This document shows, piece after piece, positions 24,912 through 33,611 of a DNA stretch of 64,000 nt. The stretch lies in sequence record MN850619.1; one strand, written 5' to 3'. Every line of letters starts with the position of its first letter. The first letter of the stretch is position 1. Made by a program: the position numbers and the translations under genes. The DNA comes from Escherichia phage finno. The notes below the pieces were generated by a model. It was given only the letters and a program-made list of their open reading frames with translations, ran no database searches and was not told the DNA's origin.

Positions 24912-25317
24912 TTTTAGATTCTCCAGTTTAGGAAGTGGGCTTGATTGCCCGTCTGATGCAAATATTAGATAACCATACTCAAAGAGTCAATAGAAATTTT
25001 AAAAATATTTTTTTTTTTTTGCAAAATTGTAATGAAACGGGTGCGCGCGACTACCACAAAACAGAACTACAATCAAGAATTATTTTTCAATCCGCTACAA
25101 ATTTTTCTGTTGACTTTTATTTCCAGATGTGGTAGCCTTGTGAGAAATAGCGACATCCCCACCTACACCCACCTACCTGCACAATTCTAAAATGATTTTT
25201 CTTGCCCGACCTGATTTTTCTCTGCACGTTTTGAAAATGATTTTTCTATCCGGCGATGAGATTTTTTGGGATATCTGTACAGACCCCTCCAGATACCTGC
25301 ACAAATTGAAAATGAAA
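24912..25317 (-). promoter_or_regulatory. Upstream control region of the small-gene array (16-nt poly-T tract, direct GAAAATGATTTTTCT repeats)
   Basis: About 400 nt without ORFs; T16 at ~25005-25020; two copies of GAAAATGATTTTTCT plus a related GAAAATGAAAAAGG. Confidence 0.4.
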
Positions 25318-25372
25318 AAGGCCGCCTTACCTTAAATTTTTCAATGGGTTAGGCAGCCTTCTTAGATGATTT
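25318..25372 (-). terminator. Putative terminator after the macro-domain gene (imperfect 12-bp stem + T-run)
   Basis: Minus-sense GGCTGCCTAACC...GGTAAGGCGGCC followed by TTTTTCATTTTC. Confidence 0.4.
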
Positions 25373-25393
25373 GTAGATACTGTGAAGTACTAA

Positions 25394-26173
25394 TCAGCTT
25401 ATGAATTTGAACTTTTTAGAATACATCAAGTAGTGAACTTCATCCTGATTTGTTGTGTAGATGTACGCTGCTGGGTAGTTATCAAAGAACACCCCTTCAT
25501 ATCTTCCAAACGGGTCAACTGGGAACATTTCACTGTTACACATACCCATCTCACTAACCAGAGGGTAACTAACCTCAACCTTGCCATCAACAAGCTGATA
25601 GAGGGTAACTTGATTAGTCTTCCCGTCACTTAGCACGACACCATCATAGAATTGTGGTGCTGAGGTAGCATACTTAGGGGTAACTACACTTGCCATTGCT
25701 TCATCATAGACGTATAGGTACACATCAACGTTATACATAACACTATTAATGAGGCTTTTCACAGCTTGTGCATCTAAACCACCTATACCTGCCCCAATCA
25801 TGGGTAAACCAATCTTACGAATGTTGTGCAGCCAGCAAAATTTACGGAGTTTTTCTAGTGACTCCACTAAGTATCGGTATGATGCACACTTCCCAACATC
25901 CAACTGTGTATATAGGTTAAAAATGTAACCATACTCCGTTCGAGCATGTGACACCTCACCAACCATCTGGTATCCGATATCATGAGCACTGTAGCCAAAC
26001 TTTTTATGGAATTTCCGGTCAGCTTCTTCAGCTTTTGGGAAAATCTTAGCAATTTTTTGAGCGATTCCAGCACCCATGAGGTTACGACAGTTGCAACCAT
26101 GAGCAATTAACTCAATATCTGTGTTTTTGAAGGCAGCCAGTAAGTTACCTTTCACAACTTTTACAATACCCAT
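25394..26173 (-). CDS. Macro-domain protein (ADP-ribose binding/processing), with C-terminal extension of unknown function
   Basis: 259 aa; ELIAHGCNCRNLMGAGIAQKIAKIFP and IGLPMIGAGIGGLD resemble the two macro-domain glycine-rich motifs. Confidence 0.5.
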   Translation of the reverse strand: MGIVKVVKGNLLAAFKNTDIELIAHGCNCRNLMGAGIAQKIAKIFPKAEEADRKFHKKFGYSAHDIGYQMVGEVSHARTEYGYIFNLYTQLDVGKCASYRYLVESLEKLRKFCWLHNIRKIGLPMIGAGIGGLDAQAVKSLINSVMYNVDVYLYVYDEAMASVVTPKYATSAPQFYDGVVLSDGKTNQVTLYQLVDGKVEVSYPLVSEMGMCNSEMFPVDPFGRYEGVFFDNYPAAYIYTTNQDEVHYLMYSKKFKFIS

Positions 26174-26374
26174 TTAACATCTCTCCCAAGATTCTTTATC
26201 TTCTGAAGGTTTTACACGTTGCCCCTCATGGTCTACCCAGATGCACCCACAACCTTCACAGATTACTGGCATTGCATAGCCAGCTTTAAAGTCATCTTCA
26301 GTGATAAGACCTTTTAAGTCACCTGTATCACGTCCGAACATTTCGATAGAACAGTCTTTACAGAAGTCAGCCAT
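26174..26374 (-). CDS. Hypothetical small Cys-rich (zinc-ribbon-like) protein
   Basis: Start trimmed to MADFCKDCS; CxxC...CEGCGC. Confidence 0.4.
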   Translation of the reverse strand: MADFCKDCSIEMFGRDTGDLKGLITEDDFKAGYAMPVICEGCGCIWVDHEGQRVKPSEDKESWERC

Positions 26375-26594
26375 GAATAATTGCCTCTTGAATGATGATA
26401 CCTTTACCACAACGGCTTTTAAAGCCTTCCAATGGTTCAGAGATGAAGCCACGTAAGCAGTCAGTGAATACTAAGTTCTTCCTGTAAGCTATCACATCAT
26501 TTGCTGTAAATGGGATGACCTCATTTCGTCCAATGAACACTGCTGACCTGATAAGTTTTCGTGTCTTTTTATCTCTGGCTAGTATTACTTTCAT
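26367..26594 (-). CDS. Hypothetical small protein
   Basis: 75 aa ORF overlapping the next start by 8 nt. Confidence 0.4.
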   Translation of the reverse strand: MKVILARDKKTRKLIRSAVFIGRNEVIPFTANDVIAYRKNLVFTDCLRGFISEPLEGFKSRCGKGIIIQEAIIHG

Positions 26595-26895
26595 AGTTTA
26601 CCTTCTCAGTTAGCTCATATAAGTCAACATGCTCAATACTGTCAATGTTGATATCAATCTTTTTGAAACGCTCCATCACTTCGTTATCAGTCATCCATAT
26701 CAGACACCAATGATTCTGGATGGATTCTTCAAGAAGGTCAACACAATCTTTAAAAGTTTTTGTATCACTTCTTGTTCCTACTACTGCGATTGTTCCATAT
26801 AGCCACTTACCATTGCCATAAGATACTTGTGCTACGCCAACTTCTTTACCTTTCTCATAGTAAACGGCTACAAAGTCTCTTCCATTAATCTGCAT
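26569..26895 (-). CDS. Hypothetical protein
   Basis: 108 aa ORF. Confidence 0.5.
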   Translation of the reverse strand: MQINGRDFVAVYYEKGKEVGVAQVSYGNGKWLYGTIAVVGTRSDTKTFKDCVDLLEESIQNHWCLIWMTDNEVMERFKKIDINIDSIEHVDLYELTEKVNYESNTSQR

Positions 26896-26897
26896 AG

Positions 26898-27167
26898 TTA
26901 CTTCCTCGTTTTAAGAATTGCTAAGATTTCTTTAGAGTCTGGTAAGAACCATGTGTAGTGATTCTCTTTGATTTCTGGATGAGTGTCAACCTTTATTTTG
27001 CAGTCTTTACCAACATGCTTAAGTTGTGCTGTGACACCTTGCATAAGGATATGACACATCACATTATCCATAATGGTTGGTATGAAGTCAATTCGCATAT
27101 AAGTTTCTTTTGGTCGCGGTAACAGTAAGTACCCCTCTACATAGAAAGTATCTTGATTCTCTGTCAT
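26898..27167 (-). CDS. Hypothetical protein
   Basis: 89 aa ORF. Confidence 0.5.
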   Translation of the reverse strand: MTENQDTFYVEGYLLLPRPKETYMRIDFIPTIMDNVMCHILMQGVTAQLKHVGKDCKIKVDTHPEIKENHYTWFLPDSKEILAILKTRK

Positions 27168-27433
27168 TGCTGCTTATTCCCTAATAAAATCATGTCAATA
27201 AGGTTGTTAGCTTTGATTGTGCACTGGTAAAAGCCGTCACGATAGAACTCAAGGGCTGCTGCTACATCACTGCCTGTGTTGCCTTTGATGATATACCGTG
27301 ATTCTTCTTGAGTGTACTTATCACTCTCACTTACTTGGGAGTTTTTGAATGTACTGCTCACTTTGTTCGTTGAACACCCTGACATAGTTATCAGTAACAC
27401 AAACATTATAAAACTCTGGCTTAGTTTTTTCAT
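27164..27433 (-). CDS. Putative lipoprotein; candidate o-spanin overlapping the upstream gene
   Basis: Signal peptide with lipobox (LLITMSGC); start lies inside the 27327..27674 gene in another frame. Confidence 0.35.
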   Translation of the reverse strand: MKKLSQSFIMFVLLITMSGCSTNKVSSTFKNSQVSESDKYTQEESRYIIKGNTGSDVAAALEFYRDGFYQCTIKANNLIDMILLGNKQQ

Positions 27434-27674
27434 ATGTTAGTACCTCTTTTGTATGCTTATTCTTAGCAAGCACATCTTTCAAATCATTTTTGTAATTGGT
27501 GCTCAGTGTGACTAATCCTTCCTGATAAGCATCTTTAGCAACACTTATGAGCTTTTGATTATTTAGCTCAGTTTCAGCAACTTGATAGTCTCTGTAAGAG
27601 TATCCTCCCCAGACACCTGCCCCAACTAAGAAAACAATTATGAAAGTAGCTTGACAGAACTCTTTAAATGTCAT
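27327..27674 (-). CDS. Membrane-anchored protein; candidate i-spanin
   Basis: 115 aa; N-terminal TM helix (ATFIIVFLVGAGVWGGY) followed by a charged, probably helical region. Confidence 0.35.
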   Translation of the reverse strand: MTFKEFCQATFIIVFLVGAGVWGGYSYRDYQVAETELNNQKLISVAKDAYQEGLVTLSTNYKNDLKDVLAKNKHTKEVLTYEKTKPEFYNVCVTDNYVRVFNEQSEQYIQKLPSK

Positions 27675-27687
27675 TTAACAATCTCCT

Positions 27688-27718
27688 GAAAATGAAAAAG
27701 GCTCCCGAAGGAGCCTGT
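27688..27718 (-). terminator. Rho-independent terminator (GGCTCCTTCGGGAGCC + T-run), minus strand
   Basis: Same hairpin sequence as the plus-strand terminator at 12075, followed by TTTTTCATTTTC. Confidence 0.65.
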
Positions 27719-27727
27719 ATCTTAACC

Positions 27728-28192
27728 TTAACCGAGGACTTTAGCAAGGACATTTGCAGCCATCGAAGAAGCTTTTGCAGCAGCAGCTACCCCAGCTTTG
27801 ACAGTGCTATCCTTGATAGCAGATACCGTTGCAGCATCAGTAAAGAGATAAGTAGTTGTTTTAGAACCACTTGTAAAGGAAAGCATGAGAGCAGTTTCCA
27901 GATTGAAAGAGCGATACGGAGCACCTTCTTTAACGATACCTTCAGCACCTAATTCTGAAGCCATCCCCATATCATAGATGGTCATCAGGTTTTCTTTGTG
28001 TGCTGTCGTTGAGCCAGAACCTTTTACGTGTTTCTTAACATTCAAAAGAGCACGATACTCTCGGATGTTGCCGTCTGCTTTTACATTGACAGCACGGAAG
28101 ATTTTACCCTCAAAGTTGCTCTTGATAATGTTACGAACTACTTCAGATTTGTTTGCCGTAACGTCCAGTGCTACCGTAATGATATTGTTCAT
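27728..28192 (-). CDS. Hypothetical protein
   Basis: 154 aa ORF, Ala/Ser-rich C-terminus; no motif recognised. Confidence 0.55.
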   Translation of the reverse strand: MNNIITVALDVTANKSEVVRNIIKSNFEGKIFRAVNVKADGNIREYRALLNVKKHVKGSGSTTAHKENLMTIYDMGMASELGAEGIVKEGAPYRSFNLETALMLSFTSGSKTTTYLFTDAATVSAIKDSTVKAGVAAAAKASSMAANVLAKVLG

Positions 28193-28201
28193 AAGTTTCT
28201 C

Positions 28202-28897
28202 TCAATGTTTAACTAACATGGTTTTGATGTGTGGAAGGATTCTGTTCACCTTCTGCACATTCTTCTCTGTATCTTCTATAAAACATACTATATTAAAGTA
28301 AGGCAGAATGCAAGACTGAATCATCCTCACTTTCAAACTTTCTGCACTTATAGAGTTAGTACCAAAACCACGCATAAAAAGCATGTAGTCATGCTCTGTG
28401 TTATGTCTTAAAAACATCTCAGTAGGTATTCTCTGAGATTCGCCTCTCGCTGTCAAGAGTCCAACAGCAGCATGATTAGCAATTGCATCAATGATATTGA
28501 AAACATACGTTGGTTTTGCTCTTACAGAGTCAAGAAGATTAGTGTACTGCGAAAATGAACCATCAGTCAATTCCGTTGAACAATCTTCGTGATTAAAATT
28601 TGTAAGAACTCCATCAATATCTGCTAAGATAAGATTACCTTTCTCTACAAGGTCTTTATTGACTATGACTAAACTATCACGTTTTACACCTATGGATTGT
28701 CCAGTCTCTTTGTCCACAACGTTCACAATTGGTTCTGATGTGTGGAACTCTTCAAGTGAACATACAACTTCTCTTGCGGTGTCTTCAAAATCCCTGCACT
28801 GTTCTGGAGTCCATACACAGGAATCAAGACCTAGCTCATGAGGGTGCAAGTCATAAGCATGGCACAATACTTCATCAGACTTTCTTAATTTTTTCAT
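28202..28897 (-). CDS. HAD-like hydrolase domain protein (possible 5'-nucleotidase/phosphatase)
   Basis: 231 aa; LILADIDGVLT matches HAD motif I (DxDGV/T); N-terminal ~90 aa extra domain. Confidence 0.4.
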   Translation of the reverse strand: MKKLRKSDEVLCHAYDLHPHELGLDSCVWTPEQCRDFEDTAREVVCSLEEFHTSEPIVNVVDKETGQSIGVKRDSLVIVNKDLVEKGNLILADIDGVLTNFNHEDCSTELTDGSFSQYTNLLDSVRAKPTYVFNIIDAIANHAAVGLLTARGESQRIPTEMFLRHNTEHDYMLFMRGFGTNSISAESLKVRMIQSCILPYFNIVCFIEDTEKNVQKVNRILPHIKTMLVKH

Positions 28898-29423
28898 GGT
28901 TTACCTTAGAAATGTTTGTTGCAAATTCACATTGAGCGATTACTTTCATATTGTTATAGACATCTTGAGAATATTTCTTAGCTTTAGGGATTCTGTACGA
29001 ATACCCAGCATTATATGATGCTAAAACTTTTTGTAAAGTCTTCTTTGACTTTGGCTGACCATGCACCTTTGTCCAAAACTCAAGCTCTTTGTGAGTTTCC
29101 TTAGCAGCATAGTCAAAGTCTTTTAAGAGTTTCTTTTTAGCCACATTAGGACTGATTTTGTTACGCTTTACAACAGTCTTCAAGTGATTCTGGAAAATAC
29201 CATAATCATGCGTCTTTTTATTCTCTACCTTCAGACCTAACTCTGACTCTTGTAAGGCTATAGCAGCTAGAGTGATACCCCAACCTTTACCCATGTTATT
29301 CTCACCATACTGGTAAGCTTTTAACATGTTTACTTTTTGGCTAATTGATAGCTCTGGGCAGTCAACTGCATAAGATAAGTGTGCTGTAAACATTAAGCAC
29401 AAACCTAGAATCAATTTCTTCAT
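28875..29423 (-). CDS. Secreted protein with signal peptide; possible lytic transglycosylase/lysozyme-like domain
   Basis: 182 aa; N-terminus MKKLILGLCLMFTAHLSYA; QESELG...YGIFQ resembles the SLT ES...GLMQ motif. Confidence 0.35.
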   Translation of the reverse strand: MKKLILGLCLMFTAHLSYAVDCPELSISQKVNMLKAYQYGENNMGKGWGITLAAIALQESELGLKVENKKTHDYGIFQNHLKTVVKRNKISPNVAKKKLLKDFDYAAKETHKELEFWTKVHGQPKSKKTLQKVLASYNAGYSYRIPKAKKYSQDVYNNMKVIAQCEFATNISKVNHEKIKKV

Positions 29424-29469
29424 TGGTTCTCCTGTTTAGTTTATCGTGACAACAATTATACAGCACTCT

Positions 29470-29505
29470 GCACAAAATACAAATAAAAAAGGCCGCCGAA
29501 GCAGC
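29470..29505 (-). terminator. Rho-independent terminator after rIIB
   Basis: Minus-sense AAGGCTGCTTCGGCGGCCTT followed by TTTTTTATT. Confidence 0.55.
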
Positions 29506-29523
29506 CTTTTAAGAAATTACTTA

Positions 29524-30633
29524 TTAGATTTCACGTTTACGTTGGGAGATAAGTTCTCCAGCAGTGCCAACGATGACATGCAAAGCTTCAGTCTTACCAT
29601 CCCATTCTTTCAGCACTTTACGTTGATTATCAACGATTGCTGCAACTTCATAACGAGACGAACGCATCTTCATATCGTTGTAATCAGTTGGAACAGATAC
29701 AACATCTCGTGGATGGACACGAACCTTCAGGATTGTATCACCTGAGAAGCAACGAACGTAATCCCAAGCACCAACATGAAGACCTTGAGAGCAAGTTACG
29801 TTACGGTTATTATCAACCATCCAACGTGGCATCTCTACAATGTTACCCAAATCATTAGGTACTCTGTATGTGTGGGAGTCAACCAGCTTACCTTCACGAG
29901 TAGATACTTTCTTCCAACCAATGATGTAGCCTTCTTCATCGATTTCAACATCAAGGTGGGATACGAAGCCCCAAAGTTGTTCTACAGAGTCTTTAGATGG
30001 GTTTTCCATCAGTTTTTCGAAGAACATTACAAGGCGTTCAAAACCCTTATCTCCAGTCTTCATCATGTGAAGAATACGGTCAACCAGAGTAGAACGCATC
30101 TCAACAGCACCGTAGAATAACTTATCCCCTTTGATGGTGATAGCGCCCTGAGTGAAGTTTTCGATAGACTTACGAATGTTCATCAGTTCGAAAGCTTTCT
30201 TATACTCACCGGATACAACAGCCATCACGATTTCTTTGTAGTTCGGATGGGTAGATTCAACGATTTCAGAATCTGCACCGAAAGTCATGATAACAGAGTC
30301 ACCAGTAATCATGTACTCAATCTGGTTGCCATTCTGCATAGCTTCATGCAGTTTATTTACCGGAGCTTTCTGTACATCCTCTTTAACAGCCTTTTTAACT
30401 GGCTTGTCAGCTTTCTTCTTAAAGGTCTTAGCAACTTGCTTTAAAGTCTTCGTAGCCGGTGTAGAAGTTGCCTTTTTATTCCCTTTTAAGGTTGCTTCAT
30501 GACGCTCTACAGCACGACCGACTGAACGGGTTGAGGTGTTAAATTTCTGTGCAATAGCTGTTTTAGTCAGCTTGCCCTCTTTAACCAGTTTGTAAATTTC
30601 TGCGTCAATCTGTGCTTTAGTTTTAGTAGTCAT
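29524..30633 (-). CDS. rIIB: rIIB-like protein
   Basis: 369 aa; C-terminal TCSQGLHVGAWDYVRCF...KVRVHPRDVVSVPTDYNDMKMRSSRYEV closely matches the conserved T4 rIIB C-terminus. Confidence 0.8.
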   Translation of the reverse strand: MTTKTKAQIDAEIYKLVKEGKLTKTAIAQKFNTSTRSVGRAVERHEATLKGNKKATSTPATKTLKQVAKTFKKKADKPVKKAVKEDVQKAPVNKLHEAMQNGNQIEYMITGDSVIMTFGADSEIVESTHPNYKEIVMAVVSGEYKKAFELMNIRKSIENFTQGAITIKGDKLFYGAVEMRSTLVDRILHMMKTGDKGFERLVMFFEKLMENPSKDSVEQLWGFVSHLDVEIDEEGYIIGWKKVSTREGKLVDSHTYRVPNDLGNIVEMPRWMVDNNRNVTCSQGLHVGAWDYVRCFSGDTILKVRVHPRDVVSVPTDYNDMKMRSSRYEVAAIVDNQRKVLKEWDGKTEALHVIVGTAGELISQRKREI

Positions 30634-30659
30634 CTTATTACTCTCTCTTTTTAGTTAAT

Positions 30660-30705
30660 AACTCATTTTGTGAGGCTATTATAAGGGGCTTCAAAGCCCC
30701 TTGTC
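30660..30705 (-). promoter_or_regulatory. Consensus sigma70-type promoter for rIIB with palindromic spacer
   Basis: Minus-sense TTGACA-AGGGGCTTTGAAGCCCC(17)-TTATAAT; the spacer is a perfect hairpin GGGGCTT/AAGCCCC. Confidence 0.6.
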
Positions 30706-30712
30706 AAGCACT

Positions 30713-33079
30713 TTAATCGTAAACTGTAGTCCCTTCTGGAACACATTTTACATCAAAGCCTAAGAACTTACTCACTTCAATAGGTGACACTTTATTCCAA
30801 TCTAAATGGGAAAGCAAGAAGTTTTCTTGTTTTCTTTTTGAAAGGTAGTTTGTCACCTTGATAACCATACGGTCACCAGCTTTCTTAATTTTCTTGTACA
30901 GTTTTGTATCATTGTCAAGGCATTCTTTCAAAGTTTGCAATCTACTAATAGTGTAAGTATATGCAAATGGTGCAGCAACATACTGGATTTTACCGAAAAT
31001 TGCCTCTACAGCCTCTTCGTTACCTTCTAGGAAGATAGTTTTGCTAGTATCTCGTGAGTAGCAATAACCACGAGAAATCTTCCTGTTATTGAATGTAAAG
31101 TTTCTGGCAATAATCCAACTGCTTGTAAGGTCAAGAACACCATTCATGTAGGTGCGTGTCATGTACCTGTTATGATTAATCCAATGAACATCAGTTAAGC
31201 TGTCGTTCAAGAGCTTCTCATCTACTTCAATCCAGTCTTCTGGTATCTTTTTCCAATTTGCTTTTCGGAAAACATAGACTGTCTTTCCAATAACATTAGC
31301 AACTGACTTAGCTACATCTTCTGGAGATGAGCAAAAGCATTCGCCATCAACTGTGTCACCTACTGCCTTAATGTAAAGCTGGGGTTCTTCAATTGTGTCT
31401 AAGTCTTCTGACACCTCTTTGTAGGAGGCTACACCTTCTGCTGGAACAGCTTTCCAGAGTTTTACAACACCTCTTACAGCTTCTTTACGCTGGTAATGGT
31501 GTTCCTTATCAGACATTTTCACAATCTTTAACAAGCTTTTATCAAGTTTGTGTAGATTGATTAAATCATCTAAATCTTTTTCAGTCGAGAATACAAACAC
31601 AATGCCATTGTATCTGTGAAACAGGCTTGACTCGTTGGCGTAGTCTCGACATGCACCACGCAGAATCTGATTGCGGCCTACAGTCTTCTCAGTACCGTTT
31701 TTATTGCGACGGTCATTAATAACAAACAAAAACTGTTCAATTTGGCTTTTACGCATTGCGCCAAAGATATTGAACATACTTGCCTCTTGAGTGTAGGAAA
31801 GTGCTGTTGCACGAATCTTACTCTCTAAAGAGTTGAACTTGACATAAGCAACTGGATTATAAAGATAATCTACTTTAGGGATATTGTTCCCGTTTCTATC
31901 AACCTTAATATTACCTTTGCCGTCACGTTCATAAATGACTGAGCCGTCTTCTGCGTAGATAATCCCACGACGAATGTTTAGTAATTCTTCTTCCAGAGTA
32001 TCAAGTTTAACACCACCCCACTCTAGCTTTGGACACACAGCATTAAACATTTCTCGTGAGTTCAAACGTAACTCTGCATAAGCCTGTGCAGCATCCATGA
32101 GTGTAGGTTGGCTATTAACTTTCTTGATAACATCCTTTGTAATTGCTTCAGTTATCTTTTTAGTAGCCTCAATGATAACATTTTTTGTCGTATCATTCAT
32201 CTGCAATGCTTCACGAGAAGCTGCAATAGCAACTGAACCAATAGGCATGTAAATGTTTACAAGGTCTACGCTCCTACGGAAAAACTCTGGCAAGACTTTG
32301 AAGAAATCATCACCAAGTAATGCTTCCATATTAACTGGATAGGCAATATTACCCATCACCACATTAAACTCTGTCCTGTTGCCACTAGAACGCCAGCTTT
32401 GCTTATGAATCATAGCATCATAAACACCCTCTTCACGGGCAATGACGTTCATATCTGCTAACACATCATCATATACAATATTGCTTTCTGGTTTTACAGC
32501 AAAGTATGAATATACGTGACCAGCCTCTTCAAAGAACTTTGAAATACGGTGGTCAGCAACTGCTACACGTACAGCTAAACCATTGGGTTCATTTGTTGGG
32601 TTAGTAGTAAGTTTAGTTACTTGAGGGATACCATTCTCAAGGTAAACAGAGTACTTATTAACAACACCATCAACATAACTAGATACTGTGAATGACTGAG
32701 CAATTGCAAATGGGGATTTTGAGCCGATACCCATTGCACCAATGTAATCATTAGAGTCATTCTTCGTAGAAGCCCCATAGTTCAGATACAAACTCATTAC
32801 TTTGTCATGGGTTAAACCAGTTCCAAAGTCACGGACTTCAAAGTAAGGCTCAAATCGAGTAGGTAAATGCACATGGAACGGGATGTTCTCTTTTCCAGCT
32901 TCTTTCTGAGCATCTACTGCATTACATGACAGTTCACGAATCACTGCCCTTTCTTTAAATGTGTATACACCAGAACTCAAAAGGCTGAACATTTCAGGTG
33001 TCATTGTAATCTGTGCTTGAGATGTCTCCAAAGAAGTTGAACTCTTAATCACTTCTGCGTGGTCATTTACCATGCGCAT
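30713..33079 (-). CDS. rIIA: rIIA-like protein (N-terminal GHKL-type ATPase fold)
   Basis: 788 aa; FKERAVIRELSCNAVDA...VRDFGTGL...NDYIGAMGIGSKSPF aligns by eye with the T4 rIIA N-terminus. Confidence 0.85.
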   Translation of the reverse strand: MRMVNDHAEVIKSSTSLETSQAQITMTPEMFSLLSSGVYTFKERAVIRELSCNAVDAQKEAGKENIPFHVHLPTRFEPYFEVRDFGTGLTHDKVMSLYLNYGASTKNDSNDYIGAMGIGSKSPFAIAQSFTVSSYVDGVVNKYSVYLENGIPQVTKLTTNPTNEPNGLAVRVAVADHRISKFFEEAGHVYSYFAVKPESNIVYDDVLADMNVIAREEGVYDAMIHKQSWRSSGNRTEFNVVMGNIAYPVNMEALLGDDFFKVLPEFFRRSVDLVNIYMPIGSVAIAASREALQMNDTTKNVIIEATKKITEAITKDVIKKVNSQPTLMDAAQAYAELRLNSREMFNAVCPKLEWGGVKLDTLEEELLNIRRGIIYAEDGSVIYERDGKGNIKVDRNGNNIPKVDYLYNPVAYVKFNSLESKIRATALSYTQEASMFNIFGAMRKSQIEQFLFVINDRRNKNGTEKTVGRNQILRGACRDYANESSLFHRYNGIVFVFSTEKDLDDLINLHKLDKSLLKIVKMSDKEHHYQRKEAVRGVVKLWKAVPAEGVASYKEVSEDLDTIEEPQLYIKAVGDTVDGECFCSSPEDVAKSVANVIGKTVYVFRKANWKKIPEDWIEVDEKLLNDSLTDVHWINHNRYMTRTYMNGVLDLTSSWIIARNFTFNNRKISRGYCYSRDTSKTIFLEGNEEAVEAIFGKIQYVAAPFAYTYTISRLQTLKECLDNDTKLYKKIKKAGDRMVIKVTNYLSKRKQENFLLSHLDWNKVSPIEVSKFLGFDVKCVPEGTTVYD

Positions 33080-33107
33080 AATACTTTCCTCTTAGTTTAC
33101 TGTTAAA

Positions 33108-33284
33108 TTACTTATTAAACATTTTACCAGAACCACCACAAATAGGGCAACAGCCTGCTCTTGTATACCCTTCCCCGTTGCAGTAATCACACTTCTTGCA
33201 CTCTGCATAGTACTTGCAAAGAAGGTAAACAAATACTGCTACACTACCAAGTGACAGTAAAATTTCTATCCAATATGCTTGCAT
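33108..33284 (-). CDS. Hypothetical small membrane protein with zinc-ribbon C-terminus (58 aa)
   Basis: Hand translation MQAYWIEILLSLGSVAVFVYLLCKYYAECKKCDYCNGEGYTRAGCCPICGGSGKMFNK. Confidence 0.4.
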   Translation of the reverse strand: MQAYWIEILLSLGSVAVFVYLLCKYYAECKKCDYCNGEGYTRAGCCPICGGSGKMFNK

Positions 33285-33601
33285 GACTCACCTCTCATAT
33301 TTTTGTAAAGGATAAAGCTTCTGTCATGAACGATACTTGTAGATACTGCAAAGTTACTTTCAAGCATCTGTTTATTTGGATTGTAGAAGCTTTCTTTAAA
33401 CTCGTCAAGAGCAAACTGGTGATGTTGTGGAAGACCTTTTACGCAAACCTTTATTGTAATTGCTGCTGCAACCTTACCCGTCAGTTCTTCTTTAGCTGCT
33501 ACTAAAATTTTGTTAAGGAACTTTTTACCATCTTCAGGTTTCTTAATATTCTCCCAACGTTCTTCTAGGACAACGTTAATGTTCATTTCTTTGATTTTCA
33601 T
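33266..33601 (-). CDS. Hypothetical protein
   Basis: 111 aa ORF. Confidence 0.5.
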   Translation of the reverse strand: MKIKEMNINVVLEERWENIKKPEDGKKFLNKILVAAKEELTGKVAAAITIKVCVKGLPQHHQFALDEFKESFYNPNKQMLESNFAVSTSIVHDRSFILYKNMRGESCKHIG

Positions 33602-33611
33602 AATCTTCTCC

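Noticed and set aside
24935-25135. Plus-strand ORF 24935..25135 spanning the poly-T tract
   Set aside because: Low-complexity translation across a homopolymer in an intergenic control region on the wrong strand.
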